This document shows positions 44,403 to 52,996 of a stretch of DNA of 64,000 nt, in pieces. Position numbers and translations under genes: made by a program. The stretch lies in contig NZ_CAURXA010000003.1 in the NCBI RefSeq assembly GCF_963528755.1, positions 113,030 through 177,029 on the forward strand, in the 5' to 3' direction. The DNA comes from an uncultured Selenomonas sp. Its GTDB lineage: Bacteria; Bacillota; Negativicutes; Selenomonadales; Selenomonadaceae. Each line of letters starts with the position of its first letter. Position 1 is the stretch's first letter. The notes beneath the pieces were generated by a model, which was not told the origin of the DNA, ran no database searches, and saw nothing but the letters and a program-made list of their open reading frames with translations.

Positions 44403-45065
44403 TCAGCTTCCCTCATACGTGCGCACGCGCAAATCAAGCCCCCGCGCCTCACACAGTGCGCGGCACTTTGCGATTTCTTCCGCGCCCTCGACCTTTTCGA
44501 CGATCGTCAAGACGACGTGCCTCGCATAGGCCTTCATCTTCTCAGCGAAAGCGAGCATCGCTTCGAAGGATTTGATACCGAACTCGCTTCTCGTCAGCGC
44601 CAAATAGCGTTCGGCGTTCGACGCATTGAGGCTGATGGAAACGGTATCAAGGATGCCGCCCGCGAAGTCCGCCGCCGTGTCACGTCCGTAGACGAGATCC
44701 GAGAGGCCGTTCGTATTGACGCGCGTCGGCAAGTCGGGATGCTGCTCCTTGACGAAGCGCAGCAGTTCAATGAGGTCGGCAAGGCGCATCGTCGGCTCGC
44801 CGAAGCCGCAGAAGACAACTTCCTTCACCGAGTCCCAAGGCGCGGCGAGGAGAGCCGCCTTGACTTCCTCGACCGTCGGCTCTTTGCCGCCGAGCCACAG
44901 GCTCATGTCCTCGGGCATATCCTTCATCGTGCGCAGGCAGAAGGTGCACGCACACGGACATTCATTCGTGATATTGACGTAGAGGCCGCGCTTCCCTTCG
45001 GGGCGGCGCTTGAGGCTTTCTTCGGGCAAGAGGTACTTGCCGCGATCGACCATGTAGACAAGCAT
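44403..45065 (-). CDS. TatD-associated radical SAM protein
   Basis: ORF trimmed to ATG 45065 (GGAAAGGA RBS). Radical-SAM cluster motif NITNECPCACTFC, and FCGFGEPT. Confidence 0.85.
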   Translation of the reverse strand: MLVYMVDRGKYLLPEESLKRRPEGKRGLYVNITNECPCACTFCLRTMKDMPEDMSLWLGGKEPTVEEVKAALLAAPWDSVKEVVFCGFGEPTMRLADLIELLRFVKEQHPDLPTRVNTNGLSDLVYGRDTAADFAGGILDTVSISLNASNAERYLALTRSEFGIKSFEAMLAFAEKMKAYARHVVLTIVEKVEGAEEIAKCRALCEARGLDLRVRTYEGS

Positions 45066-45107
45066 AGATATTTTCCTTTCCAAAAATGTGGATAAATTCC
45101 ACTCCGT

Positions 45108-45149
45108 AAAGCAAACAGCTGCCGCAAACGTACGGCAGCTGTTTGCTTT
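45108..45149 (-). terminator. terminator after nhaC
   Basis: AAAGCAAACAGCTGCCG-loop-CGGCAGCTGTTTGCTTT (17-bp stem). Confidence 0.8.
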
Positions 45150-45158
45150 GCAGCTTTC

Positions 45159-46670
45159 TCAGTCCGCACTGCGGTCTTTGAGCGGCACGGGGACTTTCCA
45201 ATAGACGACGGCCATGACGACGGCGAGGATCACCATCGCGACAGCAAGTCCCAGCCATCCGTTCATCGTGAGGCCATCGACGATGTAGCCGACGACGCAG
45301 ACACCGACGACGACGAGCACATAAGGAATCTGCGTCGATACATGGTCGATATGGTGACACTGTGCACCCGCAGACGCGAGGATCGTCGTATCGGAAATCG
45401 GCGACGCATGATCGCCTGCGACAGCGCCCGAGAGGATCGCCGCGACGCAAAGCACGAGTACGGGGCTGTCCGTGCCGACGATGGCGATAGCGATCGGGAT
45501 CAGGATGCCGAACGTGCCCCACGACGTTCCCGTAGCAAAGGCGAGGCCTGCGCCGACGAGGAAGAAGATGACGGGCAGGAACGTGATGACGCCCGCATTT
45601 GCACTGACTAGCTGACCGACGTAGCCGCCGAGGTCGAGGTACTTGTCGCTGCAGATGCCCGAGAGCGTCCACGCGAGGCACAGGATGAAGAGCGCGGGCG
45701 ACATCGCCTTGAACCCGAGGATGAAACTCGTGCAGAAATCATTGAAGGAAACGACGCGGCGCGGCAAGTAGAGAAGTCCCGTGAAGATGAAAGCGATGAA
45801 AGAACCGAGCACGAGCGACTTCGACGAGTCACAGTTCGCAAAAGCCTCAGCGATGCTCAGTCCATCGTGGATGCCGCCCGTGTAGAGCATGCCGTAGATG
45901 CACGCGGCGATGAGCACTGCCAGCGGAAGCAAGAGGTCGTAGATCTTGCCCTTGCCCTCGATCTTCTCCTCCTTGACATCGGCATACTCGGGCGGAACGT
46001 AGAACTCTCGCTCATTCTTCCGGATAGAGGCGCCCATCTCGGAAAAATCTTTCTCCGACCACACGAGGAAGCACATGAAAATGAGCGTCAGCCATGCGTA
46101 GAGATTGATCGGGATCGTCTGCAGGAAGAGACCGAAACCGTCGATGCTGCTGCCTTCAGGCAGAGACGAGCCGACGGCTGCCGCCCAGCTCGATATGGGC
46201 GCGAGGATGCACACAGGCGCCGCCGTCGCGTCGATGATGTAGGCGAGCTTCGTGCGTGCGATCTTGAACTTGTCCGTCACAGGGCGCATGACCGTGCCGA
46301 CTGTCAGGCAGTTGAAGTAGTCGTCGATGAAAATGACGATGCCGAGGAGCGCCGTGATCGCGAGCGCACTGCGCCTACCCTGAATCGTGCGCACCGCCCA
46401 GTCGCCATAAGCCTTCGTCGCACCCGAGCGCGTGATGGCGGCGACGAGAATACCGAGAATGACAAGAAAGACGAGGATGTTGACATTCGCCCCGACCTTC
46501 GTCTCCATGACTGCGAACATCGTGAGGATCGCTTCGAGGACATTGAAATTCGCGTAGAGCATGGCTCCTGAGAAAATGCCGATGATCAGCGACATATAGA
46601 CTTCCTTCGTCGCGAGCGCCAGCACGATGGTGATGACGGGCGGAAGAACAGCCCATGCCGTTTCTGCCAT
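45159..46670 (-). CDS. nhaC: Na+/H+ antiporter NhaC family protein
   Basis: ORF trimmed to ATG 46670 (GGAAGGGAAGGG RBS). Polytopic, with the NhaC-like N-terminus AVLPPVITIVLALATKEVYMSLIIGIF. Confidence 0.88.
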   Translation of the reverse strand: MAETAWAVLPPVITIVLALATKEVYMSLIIGIFSGAMLYANFNVLEAILTMFAVMETKVGANVNILVFLVILGILVAAITRSGATKAYGDWAVRTIQGRRSALAITALLGIVIFIDDYFNCLTVGTVMRPVTDKFKIARTKLAYIIDATAAPVCILAPISSWAAAVGSSLPEGSSIDGFGLFLQTIPINLYAWLTLIFMCFLVWSEKDFSEMGASIRKNEREFYVPPEYADVKEEKIEGKGKIYDLLLPLAVLIAACIYGMLYTGGIHDGLSIAEAFANCDSSKSLVLGSFIAFIFTGLLYLPRRVVSFNDFCTSFILGFKAMSPALFILCLAWTLSGICSDKYLDLGGYVGQLVSANAGVITFLPVIFFLVGAGLAFATGTSWGTFGILIPIAIAIVGTDSPVLVLCVAAILSGAVAGDHASPISDTTILASAGAQCHHIDHVSTQIPYVLVVVGVCVVGYIVDGLTMNGWLGLAVAMVILAVVMAVVYWKVPVPLKDRSAD

Positions 46671-46746
46671 AAAATCCCTTCCCTTCCATTGGCAATTATG
46701 TTCTTCATTATAATACAGATTATTTTCCGTGGCAATCAAAAAAGGC

Positions 46747-46774
46747 GGTGGTTTCCCACCGCCCTATTCTCCTG
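46747..46774. terminator. bidirectional terminator
   Basis: AAAAAAGGCGGTGG-TTTC-CCACCGCC. T-run on the minus strand. Confidence 0.75.
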
Positions 46775-46909
46775 CATGCAGTCACGGGGCGAATAGCCGC
46801 TTCGCCCCAACAGAGCTCTCTCTGATCCCAACTGCACCCGATCAGCCTCTCCACAAGGCGGCTGCAGCAGCCCGCGCACGCGCAGAAGAAAAGCAGGCGG
46901 GCGCACCGC

Positions 46910-47311
46910 TCATTTTTCAAGACCTCGCTGCCATGCGTAGAGATAGTCAACGATGGCTGCAATCGGCGATCCCGGCACGTACTGTGTTGCAGGCAAGGGC
47001 GTCTTCACGCTCTGGGACACCTCACGTGTATCATAGGTCATTGTTGCAGAGCGAAGAATCTGGTAGGTGCGCGCGGCAAAGTCGAAATGCATGCGATAGG
47101 AAAAGAGACGGTTCTCCTTCGCCTTGATGATGGCGACATCCGCCGTATATTCATGATTGCTGTCGATGGAAATCGTCGTGACATCCACGAAATATCCCGT
47201 ATCACCGCGAGCATCCACAAAACGCCGCCCCTCGTCCCCGGCAAAGCACACGGAGTTTGCGAGGAGAAGGAGCAACGCTGTCATGCTCAACATCAAGGTA
47301 AATTCTCGCAT
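46910..47311 (-). CDS. hypothetical secreted protein
   Basis: 133 aa with signal peptide MREFTLMLSMTALLLLLANSVCFA. I recognise no family. Confidence 0.7.
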   Translation of the reverse strand: MREFTLMLSMTALLLLLANSVCFAGDEGRRFVDARGDTGYFVDVTTISIDSNHEYTADVAIIKAKENRLFSYRMHFDFAARTYQILRSATMTYDTREVSQSVKTPLPATQYVPGSPIAAIVDYLYAWQRGLEK

Positions 47312-47450
47312 CGAATCGTCTCTTTCCTAAATTCAAGAATAAAAATACTTCCTTATTATAGGGAATAGACAGAGATTCGTCAAGGGCTGGTTGGAATCAT
47401 TCCGCCCCTTTCAATGAGAGGTGAAATTTCAATGAAACTACGTCCACACC

Positions 47451-48308
47451 TCAGAGGAACTCATCCGTCGCCAGAAGAAGACCGAACGCGCCCACGGGGC
47501 TTTCGAGATGCAGCCGCAGGAACTTGCTCGGGCATGCCTTCGCATTCAAGGCGTGCGCCGTCCGCGGGATCTCCAGATCAAGCTCCAGATCACGCTCGCC
47601 GAGACGCACGGCGAAGAAGCCGTCCAAGACGTTCAGGAACTCCGCGAGACTATCCACCGCGAGATCGTCAAGCTCCGAAAAATCCTCGTGACTGTAGCGA
47701 CGAGCGAGCGCCAGAAATACCGCATCGGGCGCTTCAAGCCCCGCGACGAGCGAGACGCCGCCCGTGATGGCCTGCGAGACGATGCGGCACGACACGCCCT
47801 CGGCAAAAGACTCCGTCTGCGGCACGACGACGCAGGCGATCTTCATAAAGCGCTTGAAAGCGAGCATAGCGACGCCAACGTACTCCGTGTAGAGCGGCAG
47901 CTCCTCGGCGAGCCTGCCTTCTGCCGCACGCTGGATCGCCTCGGACAAAGGATGCTCGCCCGCACGCTTGAAGTCTCCCAAGAGCCTCTCCAACTCCTTG
48001 TAGTCGAGCCTTCCGGCGTCCAACAAAGCCTGCGCGAAGCGGCAGCCCTCGCCTGCGATCGCCTCGCCGAGGTTGTAAAGCTGCGATGCCGTGAGGACGC
48101 CCTCCCTCTCCGCAGACGCGCGAAACTCCGCGCCCGAAAGCGCGCCGAGCGAAGCCAGGTCGACCGCCGTCGCCACGCCGTGGAAGAGCGCCTGCACAGG
48201 CACGTCGACCTTCGCCGTGAGCATCCTTTCGAGGAAGATGCGAACCTCAGCCGCATCTAAGACACCGCGATTCAGGAGAAATTGTGGGAAAAGCAGATCA
48301 TTGCTCAT
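47451..48308 (-). CDS. CheX/CheC-like phosphatase domain protein with an unassigned 150-aa N-terminal domain
   Basis: ORF trimmed to ATG 48308, which overlaps the receiver gene stop. The C-terminal half (..DDLAVDSLAEFLNVLDGFF..) is CheX-like. Confidence 0.72.
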   Translation of the reverse strand: MSNDLLFPQFLLNRGVLDAAEVRIFLERMLTAKVDVPVQALFHGVATAVDLASLGALSGAEFRASAEREGVLTASQLYNLGEAIAGEGCRFAQALLDAGRLDYKELERLLGDFKRAGEHPLSEAIQRAAEGRLAEELPLYTEYVGVAMLAFKRFMKIACVVVPQTESFAEGVSCRIVSQAITGGVSLVAGLEAPDAVFLALARRYSHEDFSELDDLAVDSLAEFLNVLDGFFAVRLGERDLELDLEIPRTAHALNAKACPSKFLRLHLESPVGAFGLLLATDEFL

Positions 48309-48684
48309 CCAGCCCTGCTTTCTTTCGAATGCGCGTGATGGCATTCTTGATCTGCTCGGGCGTATAGGGCTTCTGGATGAAGTCCAGCGCCCCGAGCTTC
48401 AGCGTCTCCATAAGCTTCTCGGGCGTGCCCGCTGACGACAGCATGACGACGGGAATCGTATCGTCGATTTCCTTGATGACGCGCAGCACCTCGACGCCGT
48501 TGACCTCGGGCATGACGATGTCCAAGATCACGCCGTCGGGACGGTCGCCAAGGCTCTCGGCGATCGCCTCTTTGCCGTTCTCCGTCTCTATGACCTCACA
48601 ATCGAGCGCCTCAAGCTCCTCGCGCAGCTGCTTGCGCAGAAGCTTGGAATCATCGGAAATGAGGATCTTGCACTTTCTTGCCAA
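48298..48684 (-). CDS. single-domain CheY-like response regulator
   Basis: 128 aa with a TTG start (GGGAGG RBS). ..KILISDDS..DGVILDIVMPEVNG..MLSS...........GA.DFI.KP. Confidence 0.88.
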   Translation of the reverse strand: MARKCKILISDDSKLLRKQLREELEALDCEVIETENGKEAIAESLGDRPDGVILDIVMPEVNGVEVLRVIKEIDDTIPVVMLSSAGTPEKLMETLKLGALDFIQKPYTPEQIKNAITRIRKKAGLDEQ

Positions 48685-48852
48685 TCAAAACGCCTCCCAT
48701 CAGTCCGCCCGCCGCACCCGAAAGGGCAGGAAGGCTCTTCCCATGAAACCACTTTTCTATCATTATAGCATATTTTTCTCTTATATGAGAATATTCTACG
48801 GTAAAGTTTGCAAGAAGTTTCTCTTAGTCATTGAAACAATCTCGTAAAGGAA

Positions 48853-48887
48853 AAGGTGCTGCCCGCTGTTACAGCAGGCAGCACCTT
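48853..48887 (-). terminator. terminator after the 380-aa gene
   Basis: AAGGTGCTGCC-loop-GGCAGCACCTT, followed on the minus strand by TTCCTTT. Confidence 0.7.
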
Positions 48888-48912
48888 GCAAGCGCAGATG
48901 TACGCCCTTCAC

Positions 48913-50055
48913 TCAACCCATGTCGTTCTCGGCAAAAATGGCGGCAAGTTCCGGATTTTCATGCAAATACTTCTCTGAAATGCGCTGCCAGTCGTAGGCT
49001 GTGACGCTCGGAATCAGACTTTTTTTCTCTTCCGCTCTCTCCCTCTCCGAAAGTTTGCCATCTGCGCCCTCGCCTGCGTCGCCATCGGTACGATGCAGTT
49101 TGCGCAGGCTCTCCTTGTACACGGTCATGCCATCCTCAAGGTCGCTCTTCCTCTCGGTGATCAGCTGCGAAAGGTCTGAAGAACGTTCCCCCTCCTCCTC
49201 TTTCTCGCCCGCACGATCTCCAAGCATGGCTTCAAGCAGCTCTTCCGTACACTTCGCCTTGCGGCTCATTTCCTGAAAGAAGGCGTATATCGCTGTCTTA
49301 TCGTTGAAATAATCGCCCGCCTTGTCCTTGACCTTCATTGCATCGCCCATGTGGATGCCAAGGTAGGCGCAATATCGCCGGACGAGATCGCTGTGTCCAT
49401 CTTTTTCAAAAAGCTCGATGTTCTTGCCGCTCATCGTCGTGCTGACGAGAGAACGGATCTCGCTTACCAGAGGATTTTCGCCTTTGGGGTCAAGTGCGTC
49501 CAAGCGCTCAAGAACGCTGCTCAGATATGGATCGCCTGCCAAGCTGTGCCCCAAGGCCTTCTGGTGATGACCATAGGCGTTGAGCTGACGAACGAGATAC
49601 ATCTGGATGTCGGCGCCAACGGCGAGGGGATTTTCAGCCGCGCCACGCAAGACGGCGCCGATGCCGCTCTCGATTCCTCTCATGGTTTCTGCCAGCGAAG
49701 CCCGTTCATATTCGGTCGCCCAGTCAAGATCCTCCGCTCGAAGCGGCTTCAACGGGACAGTGCCGGACATGTCCAGCTGCTCTACACTCTGCTTCGCCAC
49801 AGCATCCTGCATAGCAGTCTCGCTGCCGCTTTGCGCCGCTGTTCCATGCAAGGCGGCAAGCCCCCTGCCCTCCTTGCTGATCGATACATGATAAGCCGGC
49901 GATCCAGCGGATTTTTCCGGCTCGCCCACATATTCCTTTTGCTTCTGCGGTGCGACAATCGTTGACTCATGCCCTTTATTTCCAACAAGCCGCTCACCCT
50001 GCAGCAAGCCTTTCTTCATCCCGATGGATGCATCGCCGTTTCCTTGGATCTTCAT
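48913..50055 (-). CDS. hypothetical 380-aa protein (FlgM-like N-terminal features; acidic C-terminal half)
   Basis: ORF trimmed to ATG 50055 (AAGGAGGGA RBS). Starts MKIQGNGDAS and contains AYHVSISKEG. No signal peptide or TM segment. Confidence 0.7.
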   Translation of the reverse strand: MKIQGNGDASIGMKKGLLQGERLVGNKGHESTIVAPQKQKEYVGEPEKSAGSPAYHVSISKEGRGLAALHGTAAQSGSETAMQDAVAKQSVEQLDMSGTVPLKPLRAEDLDWATEYERASLAETMRGIESGIGAVLRGAAENPLAVGADIQMYLVRQLNAYGHHQKALGHSLAGDPYLSSVLERLDALDPKGENPLVSEIRSLVSTTMSGKNIELFEKDGHSDLVRRYCAYLGIHMGDAMKVKDKAGDYFNDKTAIYAFFQEMSRKAKCTEELLEAMLGDRAGEKEEEGERSSDLSQLITERKSDLEDGMTVYKESLRKLHRTDGDAGEGADGKLSERERAEEKKSLIPSVTAYDWQRISEKYLHENPELAAIFAENDMG

Positions 50056-50156
50056 GCAGCTTCCCTCCTTGGAATTGAAATTCAAGTTGAAACCCTTCGT
50101 TTCTTATATCGAATCATCGTCTTTTTTCTTAAATACGCGTATTGGTCAGACACAAA

Positions 50157-50196
50157 CGCAAAAAAGGACGCAGAGCTGTGTCGCTCCGCGTCCTTT
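50157..50196 (-). terminator. terminator after the DUF1659-DUF2922 pair
   Basis: Reverse strand reads AAAGGACGCGGAGC-loop-GCTCTGCGTCCTTT followed by TTTGCG. Confidence 0.7.
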
Positions 50197-50204
50197 CGCC
50201 CTAC

Positions 50205-50426
50205 TCAGGCAAGCTCCTGATCCTCGCTCGAACGGATGTAGACCGCCTTGATCGCCTTGGGATTGACGCCCTTGACGACGAGCGCATTCTTCGCGATCAT
50301 GTCCGTCATGACCGCTTCGGCCTCTGCCTTCGTCAGTCCCGCCTTGGGATCGGCGAGGCTCACGGTCGCCGTCTGCGTATCCGAGAGCTTGAAGACCATC
50401 TTCAGCGCCTTTGCCATTTCCTTCAC
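50205..50426 (-). CDS. DUF2922 domain protein
   Basis: 73 aa. ..KALKMVFKLSDTQTATVSLADPKAGLTKAEAEAVMTDMIAKNAL fits the DUF2922 pattern. Confidence 0.78.
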   Translation of the reverse strand: MKEMAKALKMVFKLSDTQTATVSLADPKAGLTKAEAEAVMTDMIAKNALVVKGVNPKAIKAVYIRSSEDQELA

Positions 50427-50486
50427 CTCCTCCCTGCAAGCGATGGTTTCGGAGCGACGGCAAGGCCGCCCGCGAAACCGCTTCCT

Positions 50487-50711
50487 TTACTCTTCCGTCA
50501 GCGCGGCTGCGTCCTGGCGCATGACGTCCTTCAGCGTGTGCGACTGGAGGCCGCCGAGGCTCTTGCCGATGGCGAGGAAGTCCTCGTCGCCGAGCGCCGG
50601 GTTCACGTTCTGCACCATGCGCTGGCCGTAGGTCGGCAGGCCCTTCTTGTCCGTGCCCGTCTGAACCTTGAGAATCAGCTTCGTCGCCGCTCCCGTTTTC
50701 TTGACTGCCAT
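50487..50711 (-). CDS. DUF1659 domain protein
   Basis: ORF trimmed to ATG 50711 (AAAGGGGG RBS). MAVKKTGAATKLILKVQTGTDKKGLPTYGQRMVQNVNPALGDEDFLAIGKSLGGLQ fits the DUF1659 pattern. Confidence 0.78.
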   Translation of the reverse strand: MAVKKTGAATKLILKVQTGTDKKGLPTYGQRMVQNVNPALGDEDFLAIGKSLGGLQSHTLKDVMRQDAAALTEE

Positions 50712-50773
50712 GTCTCTCACCCCCTTTCGCCCCTATACATGCGGCGAGGAAGCGCGATATATCATGCAGATTC

Positions 50774-50830
50774 AATAGAAAACGAGGGCAGTCGCACAGG
50801 AATCCCGTGCGGCTGCCCTCGTTTTCTATT
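50774..50830. terminator. long hairpin terminator after the porin gene
   Basis: AATAGAAAACGAGGGCAG..loop..CTGCCCTCGTTTTCTATT. Confidence 0.8.
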
Positions 50831-50846
50831 CTGTTTTCCTCATCCG

Positions 50847-52232
50847 TCAGAAGTGATAGTCAAACTGGGTGCGCAGGAGCGAGCGGTTGTACTCCGCGCT
50901 CGTGCCATAGTCGCGCTTCTGCCTGGAAAAGAGCGTCTCCCACTCGACGTTTTTCCACGGCACATACTTGAAGCCGACGATCCAGCCCTTCGTGCCGTTC
51001 CACGTCGAGCCCCATTCGTCGTCGCCCGCGAGCCAGCCGTTCGCGCCGTAGCGCACATAGCGCGCGTAGACGCCGAAGCTGCCGACGTCGTCAAGCTTTG
51101 TGCCCTTGTAGTTGAGACGCAGCGCAACGCTCTTGTTCTGCTCGTCGGCGTCGGTCTGGACGTAGTCGCCGATAACGCGCACGTTCTTCGCGACGTTCGT
51201 CGCCGCGCTGACGACGTAGCCGTAGCTCCTGGGATTCGTCCTGTCGTTGTCCCTGTAGACAGGGAAGACGCGGTGCGTCACCGGATCCGCCTCGTAGTGG
51301 TCGATAAGACCCGAGGTATAGCTCTCGTTCTTGCCAAGGCTGCTCCTCGCATAGGCGACGTTGATGTCGAAGTTGTGTCCGACCGCGCCCCAAAGGCCGA
51401 CGCCGTAAAGGCTCTCCTTGTTGCCTGCGCCCGTCGACGCCATCCAGAAGCCGCTCGCCGTGAGATTCGTTCCCTTGATGGGAATGCCGAACTGGAAACC
51501 GTCCGACTCATTGCCGAAGAGCACATTCTGAAAGCCGAGACCGCGCCACGCACGTCCGAGGTTCAGCCACCTGCCGTCCTGCTGCGCTTCGACCCAGATG
51601 CGCTGGAAGTTGCCGTCGTGCCCCGACCATGTCTGCTGCCAAGTGTCCGTGCCCAGGGCATTTTCACTGCGCAGGTGGCCATTGTTGTAGTGGCGGTTCG
51701 TCTCGCTCTGCGCCTTGACCGTCCAGATGTCGTTGACCTTCATGTCGAGGCGCAGATCCATGTAGAAACGGTTCGCACTGCGGTCGAGCGTATCGGCATC
51801 GGTGTTCTTGTCGTAGTCGTACTGCGTGCGCACAAAGCCGTGCACCTTGAAACGTTCGATCGCCTCGCGGTTCTTGCGGATGTCCTCCGTGTTCTGCTCG
51901 ACTTGGGCGCGCAGCGTGGCAAGCTCCGAGCCATACTCCTTTTCCAGCTTTTCGAGCACCGACCTCGCGCCGATATCGAGGTTCGACGCCTGCATGGCGC
52001 GTGCGGTGATCGCCGCCATCTCGTAGCGGCTCATCGTGCGGTTGCCTTGGAACGTGCCATCTGTGTAGCCTTCGATGACGCCGTTCTTCGCGAGGTAGTC
52101 GAGCGCTTCGTAGCTCCAATGATCTTTGGGCACATCGCTGAAGCTGTCCGCACCATCGGCGGCGAATGCAGTCGCGCTCAGCGCAGTGAACGCCAAGGCG
52201 AGGAGCGCCGTCCTCTTCTTGTAGAATCTCAT
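50847..52232 (-). CDS. SLH-domain outer-membrane porin (Mep45-like major OMP of Negativicutes)
   Basis: ORF trimmed to ATG 52232 (AAGGAAGGGA RBS). Signal peptide ..ALSATAFA, SLH motif FSDVPKDHWSYEALDYLAKNGVIEGYTDGTFQGNRTMSRYEMA, a coiled-coil linker, and a beta-barrel ending ..QFDYHF. Confidence 0.88.
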   Translation of the reverse strand: MRFYKKRTALLALAFTALSATAFAADGADSFSDVPKDHWSYEALDYLAKNGVIEGYTDGTFQGNRTMSRYEMAAITARAMQASNLDIGARSVLEKLEKEYGSELATLRAQVEQNTEDIRKNREAIERFKVHGFVRTQYDYDKNTDADTLDRSANRFYMDLRLDMKVNDIWTVKAQSETNRHYNNGHLRSENALGTDTWQQTWSGHDGNFQRIWVEAQQDGRWLNLGRAWRGLGFQNVLFGNESDGFQFGIPIKGTNLTASGFWMASTGAGNKESLYGVGLWGAVGHNFDINVAYARSSLGKNESYTSGLIDHYEADPVTHRVFPVYRDNDRTNPRSYGYVVSAATNVAKNVRVIGDYVQTDADEQNKSVALRLNYKGTKLDDVGSFGVYARYVRYGANGWLAGDDEWGSTWNGTKGWIVGFKYVPWKNVEWETLFSRQKRDYGTSAEYNRSLLRTQFDYHF

Positions 52233-52280
52233 CCCTGTCCCTTCCTTTCCGTATGATGCATCCTCCTCTTTCATCATACG

Positions 52281-52316
52281 AAAAAAACGCCTCGAATACA
52301 ACGATTTCGAGGCGTT
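52281..52316 (-). terminator. terminator-like hairpin 50 nt upstream of the porin start
   Basis: Reverse strand reads AACGCCTCGAA-loop-TTCGAGGCGTT followed by TTTTTCG. Confidence 0.55.
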
Positions 52317-52500
52317 CAGGCTCTATGTACGCAAGTCGTAAAGGGGTACATGCGATGAAACTTGTTGCAGGGACGCGCTCCTTCGCGTGCGGCATTCAAC
52401 CTGCTCCCTGCACCGTCTTTACATCACATTTTTCCTATGCTAAACTGATAGCAAAGAGCCAAGTCCCTCGACCATCTCAGACAGAAAGGAGTCGATTTTC

Positions 52501-52728
52501 ATGACCACTCTTGCCATCGAGCTGGAAGAGCCTACAAAAGAAGCCCTCGCTGCGTGCGCTGCAAGCCAACATATCTCCCTGGAAGAATTTGCGCGCAACA
52601 TCCTGGTCGAACAAGCCGGCTGCTATAATGCAGAAACCATGCAGGCCATCGACGATGTAAACAACGGACGAAATCTCAGCCGCACGTTCAATACAATAGA
52701 AGAGCTCATGGAGGAACTCAATGCTTAG
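52501..52728 (+). CDS. type II antitoxin (partner of YafQ)
   Basis: 75 aa with an AAGGAG RBS. The C-terminal ETMQAIDDVNNGRNLSRTFNTIEELMEELNA is typical of antitoxins of RelE/YafQ-type toxins. Overlaps the toxin gene by 8 nt. Confidence 0.75.
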   Translation: MTTLAIELEEPTKEALAACAASQHISLEEFARNILVEQAGCYNAETMQAIDDVNNGRNLSRTFNTIEELMEELNA

Positions 52729-52996
52729 GGTTCGCTACCGTAAGCAGTTCAAGAAGGATTTTCGGCGTGCCCTTAAGCAACCGGGACATACGCAAGAACG
52801 GTTCCAAGAAGTGCTGTCCTTGCTTGTAGAAGAAGCGCCGCTGCCCGAAAAATTCCGTGACCACGCCCTGACGGGAAACTATATCGGACACAGGGAATGC
52901 CACATTCTTCCCGATTGGCTTTTGATTTACAAAATCGAATCCGATATCCTCACCCTGACGTTGACCCGCACAGTGTCACACAGCGACCTCTTTTAG
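52721..52996 (+). CDS. yafQ: YafQ family type II toxin (RelE/ParE superfamily mRNA interferase)
   Basis: 91 aa, ..YRKQFKKDFRRALKQ.......F.EVLSLL....PLPEKFRDHALTGNYIGHRECHI.PDWLLIYK......L.L.RT.SHSDLF. Confidence 0.87.
   Translation: MLRVRYRKQFKKDFRRALKQPGHTQERFQEVLSLLVEEAPLPEKFRDHALTGNYIGHRECHILPDWLLIYKIESDILTLTLTRTVSHSDLF

Noticed and set aside
43943-44452. 169-aa minus-strand ORF covering most of the 43.9-44.4 kb gap.
   Set aside because: It is Cys/Arg/Phe-rich, has no RBS and does not look like a family member. Its 5' part overlaps the 3' end and terminator of the radical-SAM gene. It is more likely to be non-coding.
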